A stretch of 22,978 nucleotides of DNA from an archaeon (GTDB lineage Archaea; Asgardarchaeota; Thorarchaeia; Thorarchaeales; Thorarchaeaceae). The translations under genes and the position numbers were made by a program. The stretch is from assembly GCA_024276825.1 (NCBI GenBank), contig JAJRWI010000034.1, positions 1 through 22,978 on the forward strand, written 5' to 3'. Positions 15,017 to 22,978 of the stretch are shown here, piece by piece. The notes under the pieces are model-generated. The model was given only the letters and a program-made list of their open reading frames with translations. It ran no database searches and was not told the DNA's origin. How positions within the stretch are numbered: the stretch's first letter is position 1; each line of letters begins with the position of its first letter.

Positions 15017-16822
15017 TTATGTTTCTGAATTCAGCCATGCATGCAGTTTTTTTGCGGCGGAGATTGTCATTCCATCAACCTCTGCAAGTTCTTCTATTGA
15101 TGCCTTCCTAACACCTTCTATACTTCCAAACTGCTTTAACAATGCGGCACGACGTTTGGGGCCAATCCCTGGGGCTTCTTCAAGTATTGACCCTGTAATT
15201 CGTTTCTCTCTCAGTTTATGGTGATATCTCTGGGCAAATCTGTGTGCTTCATCTCTAATATGCTGAACAAGTGAGAGTGCTTTAGATCCACTGTTGAGAA
15301 ATATTCCATCCATTTTTTCTCGGGTGTATAATATCTCCTCACGCTTTGCTATTGCGGCAACATTAAGATTATCGAGACTTAACTCTTCCAGTGCTCTGCA
15401 TGTTATATTCAGATGACCCTTCCCACCATCGATGAGAATCAAGTCGGGCAATGAGTCACCCCGTTGAAGCACTCCCTTATATCTGCGATAAACAACTTCA
15501 TGCATCATGGCATAATCATCTGGAGTTGACTTTGAACGGACTCTGAACATTCGATAGTTTCTCTTATCTGGTACTCCATTCTTGAAGACGACGCATGAGC
15601 CTGTTGGGTCTGTTCCCTGCACATTGGATATATCAAACCCCTCAATATGAATTGGCGCATGCTTCAGACCCAATACTTCTCGCAGGTCCTTGACTCCCTC
15701 ATTGATAATCAGGTCATCATGGCCTTCAAGCATAAGCATCTTTCTTAGAGCGCGATGAGCATTCCTGTTTGCCATCTTCATCAAATCGCGCTCTTCATCA
15801 GTTCTAGGCGTATGCAATATGACTGTTCGTCCTGCCCTCTCAGAGAGCCATTCAGACATCTTTTCAATCTCTGGAAAATCTATGCATACCATAATGAGGC
15901 CAGGCAATCGTGGAAGTGAAAAGTAGTATTGTTCGACAAATGCTCTGACTATTTCGGCGTCCGAGGTTTCAAGGGAGACTTCAAAATAGAAATTATCATG
16001 ACCAAGCAGACGACCCCCCCTGATTATTAGCAGCTCAATTAATGTGGCATCTTCAGTCCTCGCAATTCCAACTACATCACTGTCCACTTTCTTCTTTAAG
16101 ACAACTCTGCGTTTTTGAAGAATTATGCTGATATCAAGAAGTCTGTCCCGTAATACCGCCGCTCTTTCAAAGTTGAGTTCATCTGATGCAATCCTCATCT
16201 GCTCATTGATCAACTCTGTGAGTCGACCCAATCGACCATCAAGATACAATGTCATCTGCTCTACCAGAGACCTATAGTCCTCCTCGGAAACCTTGCCAAC
16301 GCAGGGCGCAGAACAACGCCCGACATGATGGTCAAGACATGCTCGCTTCTCTTTGGATGGATCAATACACATTGCAACAGGAATGTATTTTCGGACAGTG
16401 TCGAAGACACGATTTAGCCTCTTTGAGCTGCCATAAGGTCCAAAATAATCAACATTTGTAACTGATGTGTCGCGAGTGATCTCAAAAGTTGGAAATCTGG
16501 CCGATCTGTCGACCCTGACCCATGTCTGTACTCTGTCATCCTTGAGTGCAATGTTGTAGGGGGGTTGATGCTTCTTGATGAGCGTTGCTTCCAGTAAGAG
16601 AGCTTCTTGTTCAGTGTTTGTAAGAATGACTTCAATATCACGTGCCTTTTGCATCATCTCCCAGATACGAAGCTCAAGGCCACTAGTTCGCAGATATGAT
16701 GCAGTCCGTTTTCTTAGAGACTTGGCCTTGCCAATGTAGAGGATGTTGCCTGACTCATCTTTCCAGAGATAAACTCCAGGTTGGTCAGGCAGGTCTCGAA
16801 CAAGCCTCTTTAATTCGATCAT
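15017..16822 (-). CDS. uvrC: Excinuclease ABC subunit C
   Basis: GIY-YIG (GVYL...YIGKAKSLRKR), Cys cluster, UVR domain (LNFERAAVLRD), RNase H-like IEGFDISN, DDYAMM, IDGGKG and RDEAHRFA, then HhH. Confidence 0.97.
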   Translation of the reverse strand: MIELKRLVRDLPDQPGVYLWKDESGNILYIGKAKSLRKRTASYLRTSGLELRIWEMMQKARDIEVILTNTEQEALLLEATLIKKHQPPYNIALKDDRVQTWVRVDRSARFPTFEITRDTSVTNVDYFGPYGSSKRLNRVFDTVRKYIPVAMCIDPSKEKRACLDHHVGRCSAPCVGKVSEEDYRSLVEQMTLYLDGRLGRLTELINEQMRIASDELNFERAAVLRDRLLDISIILQKRRVVLKKKVDSDVVGIARTEDATLIELLIIRGGRLLGHDNFYFEVSLETSDAEIVRAFVEQYYFSLPRLPGLIMVCIDFPEIEKMSEWLSERAGRTVILHTPRTDEERDLMKMANRNAHRALRKMLMLEGHDDLIINEGVKDLREVLGLKHAPIHIEGFDISNVQGTDPTGSCVVFKNGVPDKRNYRMFRVRSKSTPDDYAMMHEVVYRRYKGVLQRGDSLPDLILIDGGKGHLNITCRALEELSLDNLNVAAIAKREEILYTREKMDGIFLNSGSKALSLVQHIRDEAHRFAQRYHHKLREKRITGSILEEAPGIGPKRRAALLKQFGSIEGVRKASIEELAEVDGMTISAAKKLHAWLNSET

Positions 16823-16833
16823 TCTTTCACACT

Positions 16834-19665
16834 CTACTCGATAACTTCTCTTAGGTACCTTCCTGTGTAAGATTTTTTCACATGTGCAATATCCTCAGGA
16901 GTTCCAACTGCAACTACCCTTCCCCCTCCATCACCGCCTTCGGGCCCGAGGTCAATCACCCAGTCTGCAGTCTTGATCACTTCCAGATTATGTTCAATCA
17001 TGATGATTGTATTTCCTGCATTAACAAGCCTATTAAGGGCATTCAGAAGGACATGAATGTCGTAAGATGAGAGGCCAGTTGTTGGTTCATCCAAGATATA
17101 CAGTGTGTTCTCCACGTTTTTCTTCCATAGTTCTGCAGCAATCTTCATCCTCTGAGCCTCTCCTCCTGATAGCTGCGTTGCTGGTTGTCCCAGCTTGAGA
17201 TAACCCAGTCCAACATCGATTAGCGTGGATAGTTTGTCAGTAATCCGCGAAATTCCAGAAAAGAACTCATGAGCCTCTTCAATTGTCAAGTCTAGCACTT
17301 CTGCAATATTCTTGCCCTTATATCGTATCTCAAGCGTTTCTCTGTCAAATCTGTCCCCCTTGCACACATCGCAGGTGATGTATACATCTGACATGAAGTG
17401 CATCTCGACGCGAATCACTCCACTGCCTTGACACTTCGCACATCTTCCCTCTGGTGTGTTGAAACTGAATCGTCCTGGTCTGTAGCCTCTCGCACGAGCC
17501 TCGGGAAGTCTTGCAAAGAGGTCTCTGATATGTCCAAAGGTCTGAGTATACGTGGCCGGATTTGACCGTGGAGTTCGACCTATTGGTGATTGATCCACAA
17601 GAACAACTCGTCCAATGTTCTCTAGCCCTTCTAGCGTGTCATGATCACCAGGTTTTATATCACTGCCATTGATAGCTCCTGCAAGCGTTTTGTACAGGGT
17701 TTCATGGACAAGTGTGCTCTTTCCAGAGCCGCTGACTCCGGTCACACAGATGAATGTGCCCAGAGGAAATCGGACATCAATGTTCTTTAGATTGTGCTGT
17801 CTGCATCCTCTCAGGGTCAGAAACTTTCCATTTCCCCCTCTTCGTTTTTGTGGGATTGGTATTCTTTTATTTCCAACAAGATATTGAGCAGTAAGAGACT
17901 CTGATTTTGAGAGGACTTCCGATGGTGACCCAGATGCGACAACTTTGCCTCCATGTGTACCCGCCTTTGGCCCGAGGTCAATAATGTAATCAGCAGCCAT
18001 GATTGTGTCTCTGTCATGCTCAATTACAATAACTGTGTTTCCAAGAGTCCGAAGGTCCTTGAAGGTCTTGATCAATCGATTGATATCTCTTGGATGCAGC
18101 CCTATGCTTGGCTCATCAAGACAATATAGGACGCCCGTCAATGCTGACCCAATCTGTGTTGCCAGTCTAATCCTCTGACTCTCGCCTCCTGAGAGCGTCA
18201 TTGAGAGTCTATCCAGATTTAGATATTCAAGACCAACTGATATTAGGAACTTCAATCTAGTCCTTATCTCCTTGAGTATGAGTTCAGCAATCTTCTGCTC
18301 CCTCTCAGTCAACTCCAGATTCTCAAAAAATTCCAGCGCCTCATCAATCTTCATTGCAGACACTTGATCAATCGACAAACCGCCAACTGTCACAGCAAGG
18401 CTTTCAGGTTTAAGCTTCTTTCCATTACATAATGAACAGGTGGTCTTCCTTGCAAACTGCTCACCAATCACCTGCGCGCGCCATTGATGCCATCGCTTGT
18501 CGCTGTGCAAGCCCTCTTCAAAGACCCTCTTCATCCATGGGATTAGCCCAAGCCATTTTCTTGAGACCTCCCATCTTGACTGATACTCTTCTGAACCAAT
18601 AGTGTAGTTCAATATTACTTCGGGCTTTCCCCATAGCAGAATACTTCTCTGGGTCTCATCAAGTTCTTTGATCGGCCTATCAAGCGAAAAGCCAACAGTA
18701 TTAGCAAGAGCCTCAATACGCTTAACGTACGAAGTGGTCTTGCCCATGGCCCTTGAAACAATCTCTCGGACAGTTCGAGAATCATCGGGGACCACTAAAT
18801 CAGGATCGATGTTCATCGTCATTCCAAGACCATTGCACATCGGGCATGCACCGTCTGGTCTGTTGTATGAGAATGCCTTGGGGCTTAACTTCTCATATTG
18901 TATTCCGCAATATGGACACATGAGTTGTTCAGCAAAGATTAGATCATCCATGCCTTCACGACTAACAATCGCCACTCCTTCGCTGATCTCAAGTGCGGTT
19001 TTAAGGGAGCCAATAAGGCGTTCTCGATTCCTAGTGCTTAACTCTAATCTGTCTACAATCACTTCGATTGTGTGCTTTAGGCGGCCATCTATCTCAACGT
19101 CCTCAATGTCATAGATCTCACCATCAACTCTCACGCGTGCAAATCCATTCTTCAAAAGATGATCCATGATCTCTCTGTGCTTGCCTGCCTTGTCTTTAAC
19201 AACTGGCGATAAAATATGAATCTTCTGACCTCTGTTCTCGTTAAACAGAAGGCTTGCAGCAGCCTCAGGAGTGAGGTGCTCCATTTGTCTTCCACATTTA
19301 ATACAATGAGGTATTCCAATATTTGAATAAAGCAATCTAAAATAGTCATGAATCTCGGTCGATGTCGCAACTGTGCTTCGAGGGTTTCGAGTCCTGCCCC
19401 TTTGCTCGATGGAGATTGCTGGTGGAATGCCCGTTATGCTCTCAACACGAGGCTTGTCTAACCTGCCCAGAAACCTCCTTGCATAGGACGACAAAGACTC
19501 GACATAGCGTCTCTGACCTTCAGCAAAGATTGTGTCAAACACTAGCGTTGATTTACCGGAGCCCGATGGTCCAGTGATAATAACAAGGCGATTTCTGGGA
19601 ATGTCCACTGATATATCTTTAAGGTTGTGCTCTGATGCCCTCTTAATGGAGATATGCCCCTTCAT
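16834..19665 (-). CDS. uvrA: Excinuclease ABC subunit A, paralog 2
   Basis: Two ABC ATPase modules ([21 protein letters not shown] twice, DEP twice), [26 protein letters not shown] and all zinc-binding CxxC pairs. Confidence 0.96.
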   Translation of the reverse strand: MKGHISIKRASEHNLKDISVDIPRNRLVIITGPSGSGKSTLVFDTIFAEGQRRYVESLSSYARRFLGRLDKPRVESITGIPPAISIEQRGRTRNPRSTVATSTEIHDYFRLLYSNIGIPHCIKCGRQMEHLTPEAAASLLFNENRGQKIHILSPVVKDKAGKHREIMDHLLKNGFARVRVDGEIYDIEDVEIDGRLKHTIEVIVDRLELSTRNRERLIGSLKTALEISEGVAIVSREGMDDLIFAEQLMCPYCGIQYEKLSPKAFSYNRPDGACPMCNGLGMTMNIDPDLVVPDDSRTVREIVSRAMGKTTSYVKRIEALANTVGFSLDRPIKELDETQRSILLWGKPEVILNYTIGSEEYQSRWEVSRKWLGLIPWMKRVFEEGLHSDKRWHQWRAQVIGEQFARKTTCSLCNGKKLKPESLAVTVGGLSIDQVSAMKIDEALEFFENLELTEREQKIAELILKEIRTRLKFLISVGLEYLNLDRLSMTLSGGESQRIRLATQIGSALTGVLYCLDEPSIGLHPRDINRLIKTFKDLRTLGNTVIVIEHDRDTIMAADYIIDLGPKAGTHGGKVVASGSPSEVLSKSESLTAQYLVGNKRIPIPQKRRGGNGKFLTLRGCRQHNLKNIDVRFPLGTFICVTGVSGSGKSTLVHETLYKTLAGAINGSDIKPGDHDTLEGLENIGRVVLVDQSPIGRTPRSNPATYTQTFGHIRDLFARLPEARARGYRPGRFSFNTPEGRCAKCQGSGVIRVEMHFMSDVYITCDVCKGDRFDRETLEIRYKGKNIAEVLDLTIEEAHEFFSGISRITDKLSTLIDVGLGYLKLGQPATQLSGGEAQRMKIAAELWKKNVENTLYILDEPTTGLSSYDIHVLLNALNRLVNAGNTIIMIEHNLEVIKTADWVIDLGPEGGDGGGRVVAVGTPEDIAHVKKSYTGRYLREVIE

Positions 19666-22577
19666 CTCATATTCCCCCGAATTGAACTAATAGGCAGCTT
19701 CTGTCTGAGAAACTGACCTGTGTACGACTTATCGCATTGTGCAATTACTTCTGGAGGACCTTCTGCCACAATGAATCCTCCCTCATCTCCGCCTTCGGGC
19801 CCAAGATCAATTATCCAGTCTGCAGTCTTTATCACATCCATCTGGTGTTCTATAATCAACACTGTATTGCCAAGGTCCACAAGTCTATGAAGAACTTCCA
19901 ACAGTTTCTTTATGTCTGCAAAATGAAGCCCCGTGGTTGGCTCGTCAAGCAGGATCAATGTCTGACCAGTTGCAGGTCTAGATAGGAACTTGCTGAGTTT
20001 GACCCTCTGGGCCTCACCGCCAGAGAGTGTGGTCGCGGGCTGTCCAAGCTTCACATAACCCATACCAACCTCGCACAGAGTATCAAGTCTGCGCTTAATT
20101 GATGGTATTTCCTCAAAGAACTCCCGCGCCTCATCAATCCGCATCTCCAATATGTCAGCAATGTTCTTTCCCTTGTATCTGACCTGAAGAGTTTCTCGAT
20201 TATATCGTCTACCATTACACTCATTACAGGTCACCTGTACTGGGGGAAGAAACTGCATCTCAATGATCTCAACTCCGGCGCCCTTGCACTTTTCACATCT
20301 ACCTCCCTTGACATTGAAGCTGAACCTGCCTGGTTTGTATCCTCGAATCTTTGATTCTGGCAGACTGGCGAAGAGTTCTCGAAGGGGCCCCCACAGTCCG
20401 GTATAGGTTGCGGGGTTTGATCTTGGAGTCCTTCCAATTGGACTCTGATCTATGACAATGACCTTGTCCAGCTCCTCAATACCGACAATCTCATCATGGT
20501 CGCCGGGAATCCTCTCGGCACGATGAAATACTCGTGCGAGAGCTCTCTGAAGAGTGTCAACAATCAGACTTGACTTTCCACTTCCGCTTACTCCCGTCAC
20601 ACAGACAAAAAGTCCCAATGGAATCTTTACATCTATGTTCTTCAAATTATTATGTCGCGCGCCCTTTATCTCAATGAAGCGACCATTTGGTACTCGCCTT
20701 CTCTCAGGAACAGGAATGTTATCATCTCCTCTGAGGAATCTACCTGTCACTGAGCGGTCGCATTCAAGCACCTTCTTTAGTGTGCCAGCGACCACTATTT
20801 CGCCCCCTTCTGCACCAGCACCAATTCCAAGATCAACAATATAGTCTGCCCAGAGCATGGTCTCCTCATCATGCTCCACAACAATGACTGTGTTCCCGAG
20901 ATCTCTGAGTTTTATCAGTGAACTTAGAAGTCTGGTGTTGTCACGGGCATGAAGGCCAATGGACGGTTCATCGCATACATAAGTGATCCCAACGAGATTT
21001 GATCCTATTTGACTGGCAAGGCGAATCCTCTGGGCCTCTCCGCCGCTCAGGCCAGGTGCCCTTCTGTCCAATGTCAGATAATCAAGACCCACCTCGACAA
21101 GATAGTCCAAGCGACTTCTGATTTCTTTTAGAATTGGCTCTGCAACAGGGCGAAGCCTCTTTTCTATTTTGGCTGCATTGAAGAACTCATGAAGTGCTTT
21201 GATTGACATATTGTTAAGATCAGTGATTGACTTTCCATTGAACAGCACTGCTCTTGCTTCTGGCCTTAATCGAGTCCCTTTGCAAGTCGGGCAGACCTGT
21301 TGCGACATGAACTTGCCAAGCTGCTTTCTTCTCATCTCAGACTTGGTCTGCATGTATAGGCGTCTTGTGTTGGGAATGATGCCCTCAAAGGGTTCATTCC
21401 AATAGCCCTTCCATTGCACCTCCCATTTTGAACTTCCACTCTCATGCGAGAATTGAAACTTGGTGTTTCCCGACCCATAGAGAATGACCCTCTTTTGCTC
21501 TTCTGTGAGGTCTTTCCATAGAGTATCTGGACTGAACCCATAGTGCTTACTTAGGGTCTCACGCCATCTGGTTGCTATCTTGCCATCCCCAGAAAACCAT
21601 TGCAGGTCCTTAAAACGAATATTGGGGTCAGGGATGAACAGGTCAGGATCAAACTCGTTGATGAACCCAAGTCCCGTGCATTGTGGGCATGCACCATAGG
21701 GCGTGTTCCATGAGAACACTCTTGGCTCCATTTCTGGAAGACTGATCCCACAATCAACACAAGCAAACTGTTCTGAGAGTGTGATCTCCCCCTCATCACT
21801 TAGAATAGTGACAACTCCCTCTGCCATCTTAAGAGATGTTTCAATCCCTTCTGCTATCCGACCGCGCTCTGAATCACTTACTCTAATGCGATCAACGACC
21901 ACCTCAATAGTGTGTTCATAGTATCTGTCCAGAGAGAGACCCTCCTCTATCTCTCTTATCTCGCCATCTATTCTTGCACGGACAAAGCCCTTCCTAAGCA
22001 GATCATTGAACTCCTTGCGGTACTCTCCCTTTCGGCCCCTCACGATAGGTGCTAGAATCACTATCTTGGTGCCTTCTTCAAGTTGCAGAACCCGATCTAC
22101 AATCTGTTGTGCAGTCTGTGGCTCAATCTGTTTTCCGCAGTTTGGACAGTGTGGCACACCAACACGAGCAAACAGCAGTCTCAAGTAGTCGTAAATCTCT
22201 GTAATTGTGCCCACTGTGCTACGTGGATTTCTTCCGACGCTCTTCTGATCAATGGAAATCGATGGCGATAGCCCTGAGATGAACTCTACCTTTGGCTTTT
22301 CAAGCATTCCAAGAAACTGCCTTGCATATGGCGATAATGACTCGATGAATCTACGTTGCCCTTCTGCATAGATAGTATCAAAGACAAGACTTGATTTTCC
22401 TGAGCCTGAAACTCCGGTCACAACGGTCAACGAGTCCCGAGGAATCTCAACAGAAACGTGCTTGAGGTTGTGTTCAAAGGCTCCAACAACAGAAATTGTT
22501 CTGGGCCCGTCGAAATCCTGATCATCCATGAACTGGGCTGAGTCCGTCACTTTGCGCTTTCCTCGAGTCTGTACCAT
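19662..22577 (-). CDS. uvrA: Excinuclease ABC subunit A, paralog 1
   Basis: GVSGSGKS twice, LSGGEAQR twice, DEPSIGLH and DEPTTGLH, UvrB-binding and insertion domains, zinc modules. The start could be the later ATG (MDDQD). Confidence 0.97.
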   Translation of the reverse strand: MVQTRGKRKVTDSAQFMDDQDFDGPRTISVVGAFEHNLKHVSVEIPRDSLTVVTGVSGSGKSSLVFDTIYAEGQRRFIESLSPYARQFLGMLEKPKVEFISGLSPSISIDQKSVGRNPRSTVGTITEIYDYLRLLFARVGVPHCPNCGKQIEPQTAQQIVDRVLQLEEGTKIVILAPIVRGRKGEYRKEFNDLLRKGFVRARIDGEIREIEEGLSLDRYYEHTIEVVVDRIRVSDSERGRIAEGIETSLKMAEGVVTILSDEGEITLSEQFACVDCGISLPEMEPRVFSWNTPYGACPQCTGLGFINEFDPDLFIPDPNIRFKDLQWFSGDGKIATRWRETLSKHYGFSPDTLWKDLTEEQKRVILYGSGNTKFQFSHESGSSKWEVQWKGYWNEPFEGIIPNTRRLYMQTKSEMRRKQLGKFMSQQVCPTCKGTRLRPEARAVLFNGKSITDLNNMSIKALHEFFNAAKIEKRLRPVAEPILKEIRSRLDYLVEVGLDYLTLDRRAPGLSGGEAQRIRLASQIGSNLVGITYVCDEPSIGLHARDNTRLLSSLIKLRDLGNTVIVVEHDEETMLWADYIVDLGIGAGAEGGEIVVAGTLKKVLECDRSVTGRFLRGDDNIPVPERRRVPNGRFIEIKGARHNNLKNIDVKIPLGLFVCVTGVSGSGKSSLIVDTLQRALARVFHRAERIPGDHDEIVGIEELDKVIVIDQSPIGRTPRSNPATYTGLWGPLRELFASLPESKIRGYKPGRFSFNVKGGRCEKCKGAGVEIIEMQFLPPVQVTCNECNGRRYNRETLQVRYKGKNIADILEMRIDEAREFFEEIPSIKRRLDTLCEVGMGYVKLGQPATTLSGGEAQRVKLSKFLSRPATGQTLILLDEPTTGLHFADIKKLLEVLHRLVDLGNTVLIIEHQMDVIKTADWIIDLGPEGGDEGGFIVAEGPPEVIAQCDKSYTGQFLRQKLPISSIRGNMR

Positions 22578-22586
22578 ACAATCACA

Positions 22587-22627
22587 CCGGAAATCGGCTC
22601 AATCTAATCTCCACTGAGCCCTCCCGG
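22587..22627 (-). promoter_or_regulatory. Stem-loop in the uvrB-uvrA spacer overlapping the putative SD
   Basis: CCGGGAG-GGCTCAGT-ggagattag-ATTGAGCC-ga-TTTCCGG, with three G-U pairs valid only on the coding strand. Confidence 0.5.
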
Positions 22628-22703
22628 AACTGCATTAAACAAAGATAGTAGAATAACATCCCAACTTGGTTAAGAATTCTTCGCAATAACCATGTCTTCA
22701 AGA

Positions 22704-22978
22704 CTACTCATCTGGCAATCTACTCCTTAACTCAACTATCTCATCACGTAAAGCAGCAGCCTTCTCAAACTCAAGATTATTCGCAGCCTCTTTCATTAAG
22801 GCCTCGAGTTCAACAATTCGCTCAGCAATGTCAGTCCAGTCCTCAAGACCCAAATCGTCCAGTTTTGCCTGCTCTACTTCTCGATGCATGCTCTGGGCAA
22901 TATCCTGAATCGTCTTCTCAATGGATCGAGGAGTTATTCCATGCTCCTCGTTGTAACTCAACTGATAACGTCGTCGCC
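22704..22978 (-). CDS. uvrB: Excinuclease ABC subunit B, C-terminal part (partial)
   Basis: The frame is open to the window edge: RRRYQLSYNEEHGITPRSIEK...LEALMKEAANNLEFEKAAALRDEI, the UvrB tail and UVR domain. Confidence 0.93.
   Translation of the reverse strand, partial: RRRYQLSYNEEHGITPRSIEKTIQDIAQSMHREVEQAKLDDLGLEDWTDIAERIVELEALMKEAANNLEFEKAAALRDEIVELRSRLPDE

Noticed and set aside
19655-19700. Programmed frameshift or sequencing error fusing the two uvrA genes
   Set aside because: No canonical slippery heptamer is present. The ATGA overlap with an upstream G-rich SD-like tract is ordinary translational coupling. Read-level checking would settle it.
400-22271. Numerous 60-150 aa alternative-frame and antisense ORFs in the track
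   Set aside because: They lie within well-supported genes and have no motifs or independent expression signals.
22530-22577. RGKRK basic patch at the UvrA N-terminus as a localisation signal
   Set aside because: It is too short to be meaningful and the start codon is uncertain.
1-22978. tRNA, rRNA, CRISPR array, transposase or integrase
   Set aside because: None was recognised on reading either strand, and the intergenic gaps are too short for an array.

Overview
Gene-dense archaeal chromosome segment. Archaeal signs are an archaeal-type RecJ/DHH, a stand-alone Lrp RAM domain, TATA boxes about 23-25 nt before apparently leaderless starts, and GGTGA/GGAGG ribosome-binding sites. An Asgard (Thorarchaeia-like) origin is plausible but cannot be proven from this window. 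The left ~1.2 kb looks foreign: higher GC in spot counts, two exported or membrane-anchored protein genes, a structured mRNA leader and a palindrome-rich boundary. It may be the edge of an integrated virus or other element. The middle encodes RecJ-like DHH, Nudix, two TPR proteins, a PRMT-fold methyltransferase, a purine phosphoribosyltransferase, MTAP, a nitrilase-family hydrolase, a MazG-like pyrophosphatase, a surface-anchored PLD, ferredoxin, an APC permease and a RAM protein. The right end is uvrB(partial)-uvrA-uvrA-uvrC, with two full-length, divergent uvrA genes whose stop and start overlap. A 37-aa, very acidic, Trp-containing micro-ORF (8170-8283, minus strand) is missing from the ORF track and has its own TATA-like box and a downstream hairpin.
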